Assembly (NCBI GenBank): GCA_040954595.2
Contig: CM082584.2
Coordinates: 9,381,061-9,445,060 of the forward strand
Direction: 5' to 3'
Source: Balanoglossus misakiensis
Taxonomy: Eukaryota; Animalia; Hemichordata
Length of the DNA: 64,000 nucleotides
The notes beneath the pieces were generated by a model. The model was not told where the DNA came from and searched no databases. It was given only the letters and a program-made list of their open reading frames with translations. A program made the position numbers and the translations under genes. Of the stretch, positions 25,001 to 36,737 are shown in pieces; the stretch's first letter is position 1, and each line of letters opens with the position of its first letter.

Positions 25001-28000
25001 ATGCGCATTACATATGACGACCAGTATCTAGTGACTGTCTCTGAAGATGCCATGTTGATGATCTGGAAAATCACAGACAAGGAAGGGCGTGGTCTTAAGA
25101 GAGACAAAGAAATTGGATACGCTGAAGAGATTCTTATAACAAAGTCAGATTTGGAGGAAAAGGTAAAAGAAAATGACGTTTATTTGGGTTATTGTTATGT
25201 TTGAAAACGACATGAATAGTTGTACATTTCTGTTAAATTTGCATAATTAATGGTGTGTAAGTTGCTACTTTGTAACAGCTTATGAGCTCTGATGAGATAG
25301 ACCACATTGCCAAAAGTAGCCAGCATAATTACTGCTGATTATGAGGGGAAGTTAGACTAGCTTTAGGCTATGTATACTACATTGTTGAGTTCAAAAGTCT
25401 CCACTCTAACCCCCCGCCAGAACTCCATGATGGCCGAGTTGAAGACCCGCGTGGATGAGCTGAAGATGGAGAACGAATACCAGCTGAGGCTGAAAGACAT
25501 GAACTACAACGAGAAGATCAAGGAGCTGACGGAGAAGTTCATCCAAGAGATGGAATCTCTCAAGACCAAGAACCAGGTGTTGAAGACGGACAAGGACAAG
25601 GAGGAGGCCAAGCACGAAGAAGAGTTGGCCGAGAGCATGGAGAAGCATGCCAAGGAACTCCAAGATCTCGGTAAGACGGCAGTTTTTCTTGTGCTTCTGT
25701 CATTATTGTTCCTTGAGTAGATCTGTTGAAAACAGTAAGAATAATTAGTGGGATCATGGTTGAGAGTGTGTGACATGTATACATGTAGAGATAAAACATG
25801 TATTGCCAGATACAGTGGTTTTTGTAACACTGCATGTTTGGTATGTGACATCCCTATTTCTGTGGATATACCGGTAGATTATCCTGCACATTGGAATAAA
25901 AAAGTGGGGTCTGCCCACACTCTAGAGTGGCAGGTTAAATGGTATGCACAAATTTTACAACTTTCATGTCTATCTCACTAATCTGTGTTGGTTGATGTTG
26001 TTCGTACGCAGAGTCTGCAAACAACCAGAAACTGATGCTGGAGTATGAGAAGTACCAGGAGTTGCAGGCCAAGAGTCAGAAGATGCAGGAAGACTATGAG
26101 AGACAGCTGCAGGAAATGGAGGAGTCTAAAGAACAGGCCTTGGAAGAGTTGACGGAGTATTACGAAGCCATGCTACAGGAGAAGAAGACTCAGCTTGAAC
26201 AGGTGAGAGATCTCGGTCAATCTGTTTCAGATCTAGGAATAGACTATTCTTGTTTCGGTGGTGGAAATGTTTGCTCAGTGGGATTATGTTGTTTTGATGG
26301 GACGTCTCTGACTGTCTCATAATTTGGTCATGATCACTAACATCTCTTGAACAAAATCTTTCAGGCCAATGATGAGACACGTCAACAGAACCGTGAATAC
26401 GAAGAAACAAAGAAGCAAATTGAAGAGGATGCAGACAGAGAAATCTTGGACATCAAGAACAAATATGAGAGAAAGCTGAGAGATGAGAAAGAAGCCAATC
26501 TCAGGTTGAAGGGAGAAACTGGCATCATGAGGAAAAAGGTATTAGTGTGTTGTCATCTTTGCCCTGATTTCCAGTGGTATGTCCAATCCCCCAGTGTGAA
26601 CAAATAGATAGATCATTCCATGTTGGGATTCCACCTTCTCACTAACCTTTTTGTGATTTTCCCCACCAGTTCACCAGTCTGCAGAAGGAGATTGAAGACC
26701 ACAAAGAAGAGATCAAGAAGTTGCAGAACGAACAGCAGAAGCTACAGGGTGTTATCAAGTCCCTGGAGAAGGACATCTACGGCCTGAAGAAAGAAATCCA
26801 AGAGAGAGATGAAACCATCCAGGATAAGGTGAGGGGATCACTGAGATTTCAAGTTTCTGCAGATGGGACACCCAGTCCACCCCTAACATGTGGTACATTC
26901 CCATTGTTTTAGTTGTATGGTCTGATCCATTTGTGGTGGAAAAGGGGTGACAGGAACAAATTTAGCAAAATCACTACATATGTTGTTGAAAAGAGCAAAA
27001 CCTTTGTTGTGGTTGATTTTCCAGTGTTTGGGTATTAACCACTGTTGTACTTTTTGACCCGCAGGAGAAACGTATTTACGATCTCAAGAAGAAAAACCAA
27101 GAGCTGGAGAAATTCAAGTTCGTCTTGGACTACAAGATCAAGGAGTTGAAGAAGCAGATCGAGCCGAGAGAGAACGACATCAAGGCAATGAAAGAACAAA
27201 TACAAGAGGTAAGTGTGGCATTGGGCTCAGTGAGACATTGCTGTTACTTTCACAATTACTCAAGGGATTTTTTTGGAACTATGATTGTGAATATTGAGGA
27301 CTGACAGAGCCTTTCTTTGGAAAAATTTTACTAAAGTTGATTTTGTCTTGTTCCTGCAGATGGAGAGCGAGTTGGAGAGATTCCACAAGCAGAACACACA
27401 ACTGGAATTGAACATCACGGAACTGAGACAGAAACTGAAGGCAACTGAGAAAGAAATGCACCTGGAAAGACAGAAGGTAGGAATTGCTTATTGACTCTTA
27501 CTATTACACGAGTCAGTGAAAGTACATTCACTTATTTATATAGCTGCCAGTACACATTGGTTGATTCTCATCGGTTCCTCTTCGTTGTTTTGCAGGTGCG
27601 CGATTCCGAAGCCATGCTGAGACGTTTCAAGACAGATCTGCATAACTGCATAGGCTACATCCAGGATCCCAAGAAGTTGAAAGAAAGCATCAAACAACTT
27701 TACCAGAAACACGTGCAGGATGACACAGTGAGTATTTCCAGACAGCTTCTCTCTAATAGAGTTTCAGTATATATGTGTTCACCAAGTAAACCCTGGTCCG
27801 AATACCGAAATCACAAAACTGATAAGCCCATGCTAAATATTGCCGTTTTTTCCCCCCTGCAGCCCGAGTCAGCCAGCGTGGACGCAGACATCCAGAGAGA
27901 GTACAGTCGTCAGCGTAAACATTTAGAGCAGAGTGTGTCGTCTCTCAGGAAGAAACTGGCCAAAGACACAGAGATTCACAGAGCCGATAATGTCAGAATT

Positions 28001-28582
28001 ATGCAGGTATGTGTGTGTGCATTGTGAGAGAAGAATCCCTAGGGGAGGGGAGACAGTGAGGAGGTCTTGCATTTGTAGTTTATGCTGTAATGGTGTCATT
28101 GTTTGCCATGGTTAGCCAAGACACTGGTTTTGGAGCATTGATAGACACATAAGTTTGTGTATTTAATATTTTATCATATTCAGATACATGATTTTGTGAG
28201 TCCTTTAAATGAACCTTTATCTCATTATTCTTTTTGACCGTTTGTATTTCTTCTCCAGGAAAATGTATCATTGATCAAGGAAATCAACGACTTGAGAAGA
28301 GAACTGAAGATAGCCAGAACGCAAGTGCACGACTTAGAAGCGGCACTCGGCATCAGTCGGAAAAACAAGAACCAGCCCCTGCCTGACGCGGGAGCCAGTG
28401 CCGTGATGCAGAGTAGCGCCCAGTCGAGCCGTGACCACGAAGCCAACTTGGAAAACAACAAAATTATCGATTTGCAGCGAAATGAAATCAAGAAACTAAG
28501 GGCTCAAATGTACGAGTTGGAAACCATGATTCAGCAGAGGCCGCCCTCTGGTGGTAGACTTCCACCCATGGCCGTCCAGTAA
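22066..28582 (+). CDS. CFAP57: Cilia- and flagella-associated protein 57 (WDR65): WD40 repeats plus a long coiled coil, ~18 coding exons
   Basis: [35 protein letters not shown].., [81 protein letters not shown] and [13 protein letters not shown] are hallmark CFAP57 segments. Introns are GT-AG. Confidence 0.95.
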
Positions 28583-28941
28583 ATCACGTTGAAGTCCAGC
28601 CAGATTCAGTTTCCTCATTCCAAACGACACGGTAATGCCAACTGTGCAGGTGTCAATGAGAACACTTGCTTTTCATTTTGCATTTTATGGACTTGGGTTG
28701 TTATATTGCAATATGTGGCAAGTGTGATTAGCTGTGGAATGAGTAGTTTTTCAGCAAAACGTCAAATCATATTTTAATAAATATTTTAATTTTTTCCCCC
28801 CACTGGACTATATCATGGTAATGTGTCTGGTGTCCATAACAGGTAATTAAATCCAATTTGTAAATATCCAAATTACAATTGTACATGACAACACTGTTTT
28901 TTTTTAAATCCATCCTATTTGTGTATATTATCTTTGCTAAA

Positions 28942-28981
28942 AATAAAAGGACAAACGCATGGTCTGAATTTGTTCTTTATT
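28942..28981. terminator. Convergent polyadenylation signals CFAP57(+)/TECR(-)
   Basis: AATAAA on + at 28942-28947 and TTTATT at 28976-28981. Confidence 0.45.
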
Positions 28982-29356
28982 AAAAGTCGCTGTAAAACGA
29001 ATTACAAGTCTTTAGCAGCAGAGCGCGCAGTACAGACATTAGCCATCAGTTACATTGTATTTATCTTGTCTGAATTGTACATTTGTTGTCTTATCATCAT
29101 TGTCCCATTCTGAACGAATGCCAGATTTCCAGAACGCTTCTGGAGTTTTGCTGTGTAATCCACCATACATGGGAGTCATTCGCCAGTATATTATAATATT
29201 TCAATGATTTGGCACAGCGAGTGCCTGATTGCCTTTTTGGTGAAATTGTCTCCATGGCTACCCAAGTCACTGCAAGTAGTGAACTTGATCAATTAGAATT
29301 AGGTCATGGAACTGCATATGTGCATGTGACTGAATTTAGAATTGAAGTGTACCATA

Positions 29357-29464
29357 AGGGGAGGTTTGTCTTAACCGCCATCTTGGAAACAAGTACCCCT
29401 CCAATTCTATCCCACAATGCACCTCGTTTCCAAGATGGCGGTTAAGGTAAGACAAACCTTCCCT
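29357..29464. repeat. Inverted-repeat (fold-back/MITE-like) element
   Basis: Left arm GGGAGGTTTGTCTTAACCGCCATCTTGGAAAC versus right arm GTTTCCAAGATGGCGGTTAAG(GTAAG)ACAAACCTTCCC, with a ~35-bp spacer. Confidence 0.75.
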
Positions 29465-30183
29465 GGCCGAGTAGTACATTTGTACCTGGTACTCAGAGAG
29501 TGAAAATGAGATGTGTTCAGATTACAAAGCGTGTTTACTGAAGAAAGCCTTCGAAACGTGCACTCTGATTACATGATATCACAGTTGGTTTTACTTGCAT
29601 AAAACAATGCCCGATAACAAGCAAGATAAGGGAAATGCTGCTGATTAGAAAAACGAGTAATTTCAGAGAATGCCAAAACACCACCATACACTGTAAGTTC
29701 AGTAACAATAATACTATAATTGCCTGCATAGTAGTTACTTTAGAGAACTCTATATAAAAAAGTAAGTTGCTGAAAGTTTTGCGTAAAAATCACTTTCCTC
29801 TTTTCATAAAGAACAAAATAATCATATACAACCAGAATTGAGAGTACATTAATTTATCTCCATCCCAATTACATGTAACTAATTCACTCGTGTGTAGTGT
29901 GAAATTTTTTTCTTCACTTCAACCAGCTTTGGGCGCGTTCGATTCTCGCGTAATTTTTAACATAGTTTCACTCACGCAAAGAACAATCTTGAAAAAGAAC
30001 AAAAACAAAATGAAGTATATTGCGACCAATTCACAATGCATGAGCAAGAAACAATGTTTTTCATTTGATCTGACAAAACCAAATCAACTCTTGTAAAAAA
30101 AAAAAAACATCAACTCATGATTTAATTTTGCTATAATTATTTTTGCTGTTTTTTTTTATTTCCTGAATGCTGAAAGACTGCCT

Positions 30184-33100
30184 TTAGATGAGAAAAGGCA
30201 CAATGCACTTGCGCCCTCTGGGGTAGTTGCTGAACTCCCGTCTGTAGTTTCTGTGTTTTCCCTGGGCCCACACGGCCATCTGGTAGAATCCGGCCAGTGT
30301 GAACAGAGCAGCTGTGTGTATGACAGAAAGTACATGTTGAGATCAGATCCTGCTTTCAAATATGAAGTGTGTGTACCGGATATAGTTAGGTGTGTAGAAT
30401 CATTAGCCGGGTTGTCAGAGTGAAAGACTGCTGTCAAAACCAAACTATGTCATTTCCTCTTGCATGTGTCATCGTCTGCAGTTTTTAGCTCTGATTTGGG
30501 TGATACCAAGGTGATATTCCAAGAACCAATGGTTTTGATGAAACCAATGGATTAATCAAGGTTTTGATGACTCATGAAATTGTGGGCGGGGCGGTCGCCA
30601 TGGTTTCAAGAATGGGGATAGAGGGCACTCTCACCTGGTACACACTGTGTCATTATGGTGAAGCAGATCCAGGCACCAGCTTCATAAGTGTAATTCGGAC
30701 AGCTGACAAAATTGAACATCTGTGTCATAGGGTTGCTGGTTGGGAAGGGGATCTTTCTCTCCTTGCTGCCAGCTGGGCGTAGATTTCTCAGCGCAACGTG
30801 TATCGAAAAGTTTCCATACTCGTTTATCTGTGCAACGACGAAACACAAAATACAGATCACCTTCGCTTTTAATTCAAGTATTTCATGGTATGAATCCGTT
30901 ATTCCTACAAACAGTATGTTTTTAGAAATTGTCTTCCGAACAATCGTGTCAGTAAGGGCAGATTTTAATCCACTGAGATTCTATGAAGAGAGATGAGAAA
31001 GAATCAACTTACCAGGAAGCCAAGCATAGCTCCATATACTTGAATATCACCTACAGAGCAGAGGACAGGAAACTACATTACTGATCAATAATTTGCTTCA
31101 TGTCCTGTAAATGACTGATTCAGTTATAGATGTCTTATCTCATATTTATTCTCATAAACTTACCGGGAGATGTGTAGAGAGGGTGGTTGACATAGTACGC
31201 AACAAATGCAGCGAAACCCCAGTAATAACTACAATTCTGAAATTAGACAAGAAAACAGGAAATGCAGTAAGCTATTCCGTGAAATTCACAACGGGAGCAA
31301 TTCCTTGAATATACATTTTCCTTCTTGCCATTTTGTTATCCTGCATATCAGTGTTTCTGTCAGATCTCAATGCCAGCTCCATATAGGAAGATCAACCTCC
31401 GGGCCATAAACAAGGATTAGATAGTTGCTAGTTACCTTGAAGAGATTCATAATTGGCATAGTTGCATGGGAGAAGCGGTGAACAAACTGGGTTTCTAGAA
31501 GACGTTTGGCGTAGTGAAGTGTCCAACATGCAGCAGCAACACTGAAATGAAAACAATAGTGTGAAATTCAACAATGCTGTTCCATTCGTTCTGCAACAGG
31601 ACAAATATTGTAACACAGACCTCATCATCATTGTCGTCGTCATGATCATCACCACCACCACCAATACTGTCAACGTCACTCAAACCTTCACTTACTTTAC
31701 AACTTGTGCCTTGGGTTCACTAGCTAAACTGGCTCCATATACAATTGCTGGTCTTGCATAAAATAACAGATAAACAACTAAGGGGCCCGCATATTCGGCT
31801 AAAAATACCTGGAAGTAAAAGAAAGATAGTACTCAAATTTTACGGGCAGATGCAAGTTTTCTGCTATCATGTTGACTGACCTCACACAACCTTCTGCCAT
31901 TGCATTTTGGTTTTGCATTTTATCACAGCTGTTTTAATTTCATGTACATGTATAATGAGTTTTGATTTGACAAACTGGACTAGCCAGATTCTGCATCAGC
32001 ACTACATATTGATATACAACACACCACTTACAGTCTTCCAGGAAATCTGGGGTCCTAAATCTTTAAAGTACAAAGTGCCGCCCTCCTTGATGTTCAATGA
32101 TTTTAGTGTGGTTTCATCTTTCAAACTCTTTCCCTCTGAGATACAAAAGAAAAATACGGTAATAATATTGTCATATATAATAAAAGATATGCATGGATAA
32201 GTCTGGCGCTACGTGGTTGTTGACTTTTCACTGGGAGACATGTCATCAGTTTTGAAACACAAACATAATGGGTTACTTGGCACAAGTCCAAGACACCACC
32301 TTCTTAAACAGTTCAGTTTCTGGTCTCAGTTTCATTTACACGTCAGTTCCAAAATTAAAGGATCAAAGTCGCCACTTATAGATTATTCATGTTTATTTTA
32401 GTCTCACAGCAAGAACTTATTTACGCTGCATTGAATGTTGAATAGTTCTCAGGGCCCTGTGCTCACTAAGACAAAAGGAGCGCCCCCAAGTGATGACTGT
32501 TTCACTCTACACACTCCCCAAAGTATGGGTTACATAATTCTTTATTCATGGAATCACGTCATCAAATATTTACGTGGGTCATGCAAGCAATGACTAAGGA
32601 CGTTTCTGCAAGCTGAATACCATTTCTCAACCGATAGAGAAATCGCAAAAATATAACATCAAAAGCTGGCAACTGTCCCTTTAATGGGACCAATATAAAA
32701 ATTCGTACATGTCAAAACGGAAACTGAAAGGTGACAACAAAATACTCACTTGGGTCACTTCTGTAAGATTGTCTGTCAGGATAGTATTTTTGATCTGACA
32801 AAAAAAAAGGTAATTTTAATTAAAATCAGTTTCATGGTGCAGAAACACTGCGCTGATGTACTATAGATACACAGAAATCTGGTATCATTGTGTTAATGTC
32901 TCTGACCTGACAGCTACTAACTGTTGAGCTGAGCATCAATCAGTTACTCTCAGGGTAAACTGTACCAGTGGGGAACGTTCAGGCATGATTTGATTTCAAT
33001 GCGTTGGTATTTGCAGTATGACGGTCGGCCTTGGCTTATTTCTGACCCCAATAGTATCTGTTTTGATATATGACACTGTGGCATGTACATGACGGGAGTT

Positions 33101-34220
33101 TCAGGTGAATACACTTCAGTGATTTTCAAGTGCACTGGTTGATGGTTATCGTTTCATTTATTATACTGCACTCTGTAATGATTTTTTCTGGAGGTGGTGG
33201 ATGGCACTGATGAAATCTGCCTGAATGTCATGCTGACATTGGTGACACACAATAGTACTAGTACTCACTTTGTAAATGGTATCTCTGCTTGACATCATGA
33301 ATGGTAGACTCAGCATTCAACTGAAATGAAAAAAAAAATTATACATGACATCAACGTAATGCAAAAGTCAAAATATCAATGTATGCTGATCAGGTTCCTG
33401 TGCGCAAGAAACCTATATCACTACTTACTATTTCAAAGACCTGGCCCTATGCAACACTTCCAATCTCATAAACTTCAAAATTGATTTGGGTATTAATTCT
33501 AGTATGCAAACCTTGCAAAATAAATTTACAATCTGTCAGGCTTAACTCCATGAGTTTGGCTGAAATCTGATGCACTGCTCATCAGGAAATGAAACTGGAT
33601 ATAAGGCTGTGAAATGTGCACCTGCTAAATTTTGTAGTATTCTGGTTCTGCCTTCGAAGGCAAGTTTCAAATTGTCCTGAAATGCTAGTTATTCCGAGTA
33701 CTATAAACTGAATCAATACATTTATAAGTATGTGTTTTCTGGTGACATTTTAAATTTGAGAATGAACGCATGTGACACCTTGTCCCAAGGATAATACATC
33801 ATCATTCACCAGAATAAAATCATCAAAATCTTCCGTGGGTAAGAACAGTTGTTGCTGTTTTTATGCAATGGTCTTACTATGCAACAGAGAAGTGAAGGCA
33901 GGCGATATCATGGAAATATTTTCCAGATGACATACCATAAATTTTAATTCCTGTTTTAAATTATTAATACAAGAACTCAAAGACAGGAAGTGGAACATAC
34001 GCAGCTGGTAAGCATTTCTGATGTTAACTCCTAACATTCACACAGACCAAAAATAAAACCACTGCATAACAACTCTCTCCCTACCAAGGCTGACAGCAAC
34101 TTGATATTAATTTTTAATACTGTATGTATGTACATCTACATGCACCATGATATATGTACACTGTTTGTACGTATGTACATATGTGTGTATGCATTTCTAT
34201 GTATGTATTTTAGGACCATC

Positions 34221-34285
<65 letters not shown>

Positions 34286-34307
34286 GGAGGAGGAGGAGGA
34301 GGAGGAG

Positions 34308-34339
<32 letters not shown>

Positions 34340-34340
34340 T

Positions 34341-34388
<48 letters not shown>

Positions 34389-34946
34389 CGAAATGGTAAT
34401 ATAATTATCAAGTAAAACACAACCAAATCGATGTCAACAGTTTGCAACCATGTCCCTTTCATATATGTATCATCTCACCTCTGATAGTGTTGCCAGAGTT
34501 TTCCCTGACCTGGCATGTAGTATTTTGACCTAAAAAATAATTGATTACAAAGTAAATAATTATTAACTTGGTGATTAATTTTAAATGATGAATGCATTGA
34601 AGAGAATGCATCGAATGTAGATGCATAAATTGCATAAGAACAAATAGCAATGTACATGATGTATACCAACAATTTGAACAAAGATTAATATTCTTGTTGC
34701 AATGACAGTGCACAGCTGTCAATCTTCTTTCAGCTAGAATGGTAAGCATTTCCCATTAGCTTGCAGATCAACGATCATGCTAAGTTATAATGCTTGTTGT
34801 ACCAATGCCAAAATCAGTCTGCAAGACTTGGAACGTATACGATCCAACACTGCGGTAAAATTGATCGCACCTTTCTGGTGATCATCGAAATACTGTAATG
34901 GGTTTGAGGATGCATGTAAACAAAAATGACCACGGCTTACCTCCAT
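30184..34946 (-). CDS. TECR: Very-long-chain trans-2,3-enoyl-CoA reductase, ~11 coding exons, the first encoding only Met-Glu
   Basis: ME|[17 protein letters not shown]|[12 protein letters not shown]..|..[12 protein letters not shown]|..[21 protein letters not shown]|VFLAEYAGP..|..[21 protein letters not shown]..|..[35 protein letters not shown]..|..[28 protein letters not shown]. Confidence 0.95.
34221..34389. repeat. Compound trinucleotide microsatellite (GAT)n(GAG)n(GAT)n in TECR intron 2
   Basis: Direct reading, ~170 bp. It generates the spurious poly-D/H/S/M ORFs in the track. Confidence 0.97.
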
Positions 34947-34959
34947 TTTAACTTTTCAA

Positions 34960-35370
34960 GGCGATCGTTCGCTTTCTCTAGTCACTGTGGGTGCAACTTT
35001 TTATTTCGGGAGACATGCACAACGAACTCTCGGTATGAGGCCAAAGGTCAAAGATGTTCGATACGATTATGTGCGTGGACTCTCTCCTCCCCTGTTTTTG
35101 CAGCGACCTTTGACCCCTGTCGCACAGGAAGTGACGTATGACCTGTTTAGAAGAAGGTTCCAGTAACTTCTACCGGTAAGTCGAACTGTGTTGTTGCCAG
35201 AATATTCGTGGCGTACCATGAGGTATATAAGCTGGTTTCATGAGTCATTATTATAAGAAGTTCATGAGAAAACAACGGTGCAGAATATACGAGCGACTTT
35301 GACGGCAAGTACCTAGTTAACTGTTGAGAGAACCCATTTTACTGCAAGCAAGTGTAACGCGGAAGTCAAC
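34960..35370. promoter_or_regulatory. Bidirectional TECR/DNAJB promoter with heat-shock elements and a TATA box
   Basis: HSE array AGAAG-GTTCC-AGTAA-CTTCT (35152-35171), second HSE AGAAT-ATTCG (35199-35208), TATATAA (35224-35230) and ETS/CRE composite GGAAGTGACGT (~35127-35137). Confidence 0.8.
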
Positions 35371-36737
35371 ATGGGTAAGGACTATTACAAGATATTGGGC
35401 ATTTCGAAGGGCGCAACAGACGATGAGATTAAAAAGGCGTATCGGAAGATGGCATTGAAGTACCACCCGGACAAAAACAAGGCGCGTGACGCAGAAGATA
35501 GATTTAAAGATATCGCCGAAGCGTACGAAGTTCTGAGTGACAAAGACAAGAGAGAAATCTTCGACAGATATGGAGAAGAAGGCTTGAAGGGCGGGGTGCC
35601 CGGTGGCAGTGGCGGTGGTTCTAACTTCACGTACACTTTCAGTGGTGACCCGAGAGGCGTCTTTGAGTCCTTCTTTGGCACCTCAAACCCCTTTGACAAT
35701 ATGTTCAATAACATGGGAGGCGATCCGTTTGGCATGGGAGGAGGCGGTCCAATGGGCAACAGGATGGGGATGGGGTTTCCTCATCCGATGAACGAGCCGA
35801 TGGACATCGATGGTGGTGGTTTCCAAGGTTATCATGGTATGCCGGGTGGTAGTGGTCTGCCAAAAAGGCAAGACCCGCCTATCCATCACGACCTGAAAGT
35901 CTCTCTGGAAGACATTTTCAAAGGGTGCACAAAGAAAATGAAAATTACCAGGAAAGTGCACAATTACCCAGACAGGACAGCCAGAACAGAAGACAAACTC
36001 CTAGAGATTCAAGTGAAGCCTGGCTGGAAGGAAGGAACCAAAATCACTTTCCCCAAAGAAGGCGACCAGCATCACAATAGACAAGCTGCAGATATTGTCT
36101 TTACTCTCAGAGATAAACCCCACCCAACATTCAAGAGAGATGGAAGTAATTTACTGTACACTGCCAAGATTTCACTAAGAGAGGTAAGGAATTCTATTAC
36201 ATGCACTGTTCATTTCACTCACACCATACATAGGCCTTCAAATAATCATGAAGCCCCACTGATGTAAGTGGAAAATATTCTCCAGTTGCATCATTGGGGC
36301 TTCACGTTCACTGGTTGATTTGAAGGCCTAATTACATGTACTTTGTAAGTTCAAACTTGCAACTGGTTTGATTCACAGGAGACCTAAACTTTCAGCACCA
36401 AGGCCCATTATAAATCTGTCCAGTATTTGTGCCTTGGGCTTATATATATGATTACCAGTGTAAACCAGTGAGATTCTCATAATTATTTATTTTCCCCCCA
36501 TAGGCGCTTTGTGGTACAACATTACAGATCCCTACAATCGACGGAAGAATGGTTCGACTACCACTCAATGGCATTGTCAAGCCAACCACGAAACAGCGCA
36601 TCTCAGGAGAGGGACTGCCGTTCCCCAAACAGCCCAGTCGGCGGGGAGATCTCATCATTGGCTTTGACATTAGATTCCCGGATGAACTCTCACAGCGAGC
36701 CAGAGAGATAATCGCGGAAACGCTGCCCAAATCGTGA
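35371..36737 (+). CDS. DNAJB: Class B Hsp40 co-chaperone (DNAJB1/4/5 group), 2 exons (35371-36183, 36504-36737)
   Basis: [20 protein letters not shown]-domain, G/F-rich linker, [44 protein letters not shown] and ISLRE|[21 protein letters not shown]. No zinc finger. The exact vertebrate paralog cannot be assigned. Confidence 0.95.
36231..36330. repeat. ~100-bp fold-back element in the DNAJB intron (MITE-like or pre-miRNA-like hairpin)
   Basis: Outer arms TAGGCCTTCAAAT / ATTTGAAGGCCTA; inner arms TGAAGCCCCACTGATGTAAGTGGA / TCCAGTTGCATCATTGGGGCTTCA. Confidence 0.75.

Noticed and set aside
31900-34100. Search for intronic box C/D or H/ACA snoRNAs in TECR introns
   Set aside because: No C/D box pair with a terminal stem could be identified with confidence.
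34101-34462. ORFs encoding poly-Asp/Glu, poly-His/Ser and poly-Met
   Set aside because: They are translations of the (GAT)n/(GAG)n microsatellite inside a TECR intron.
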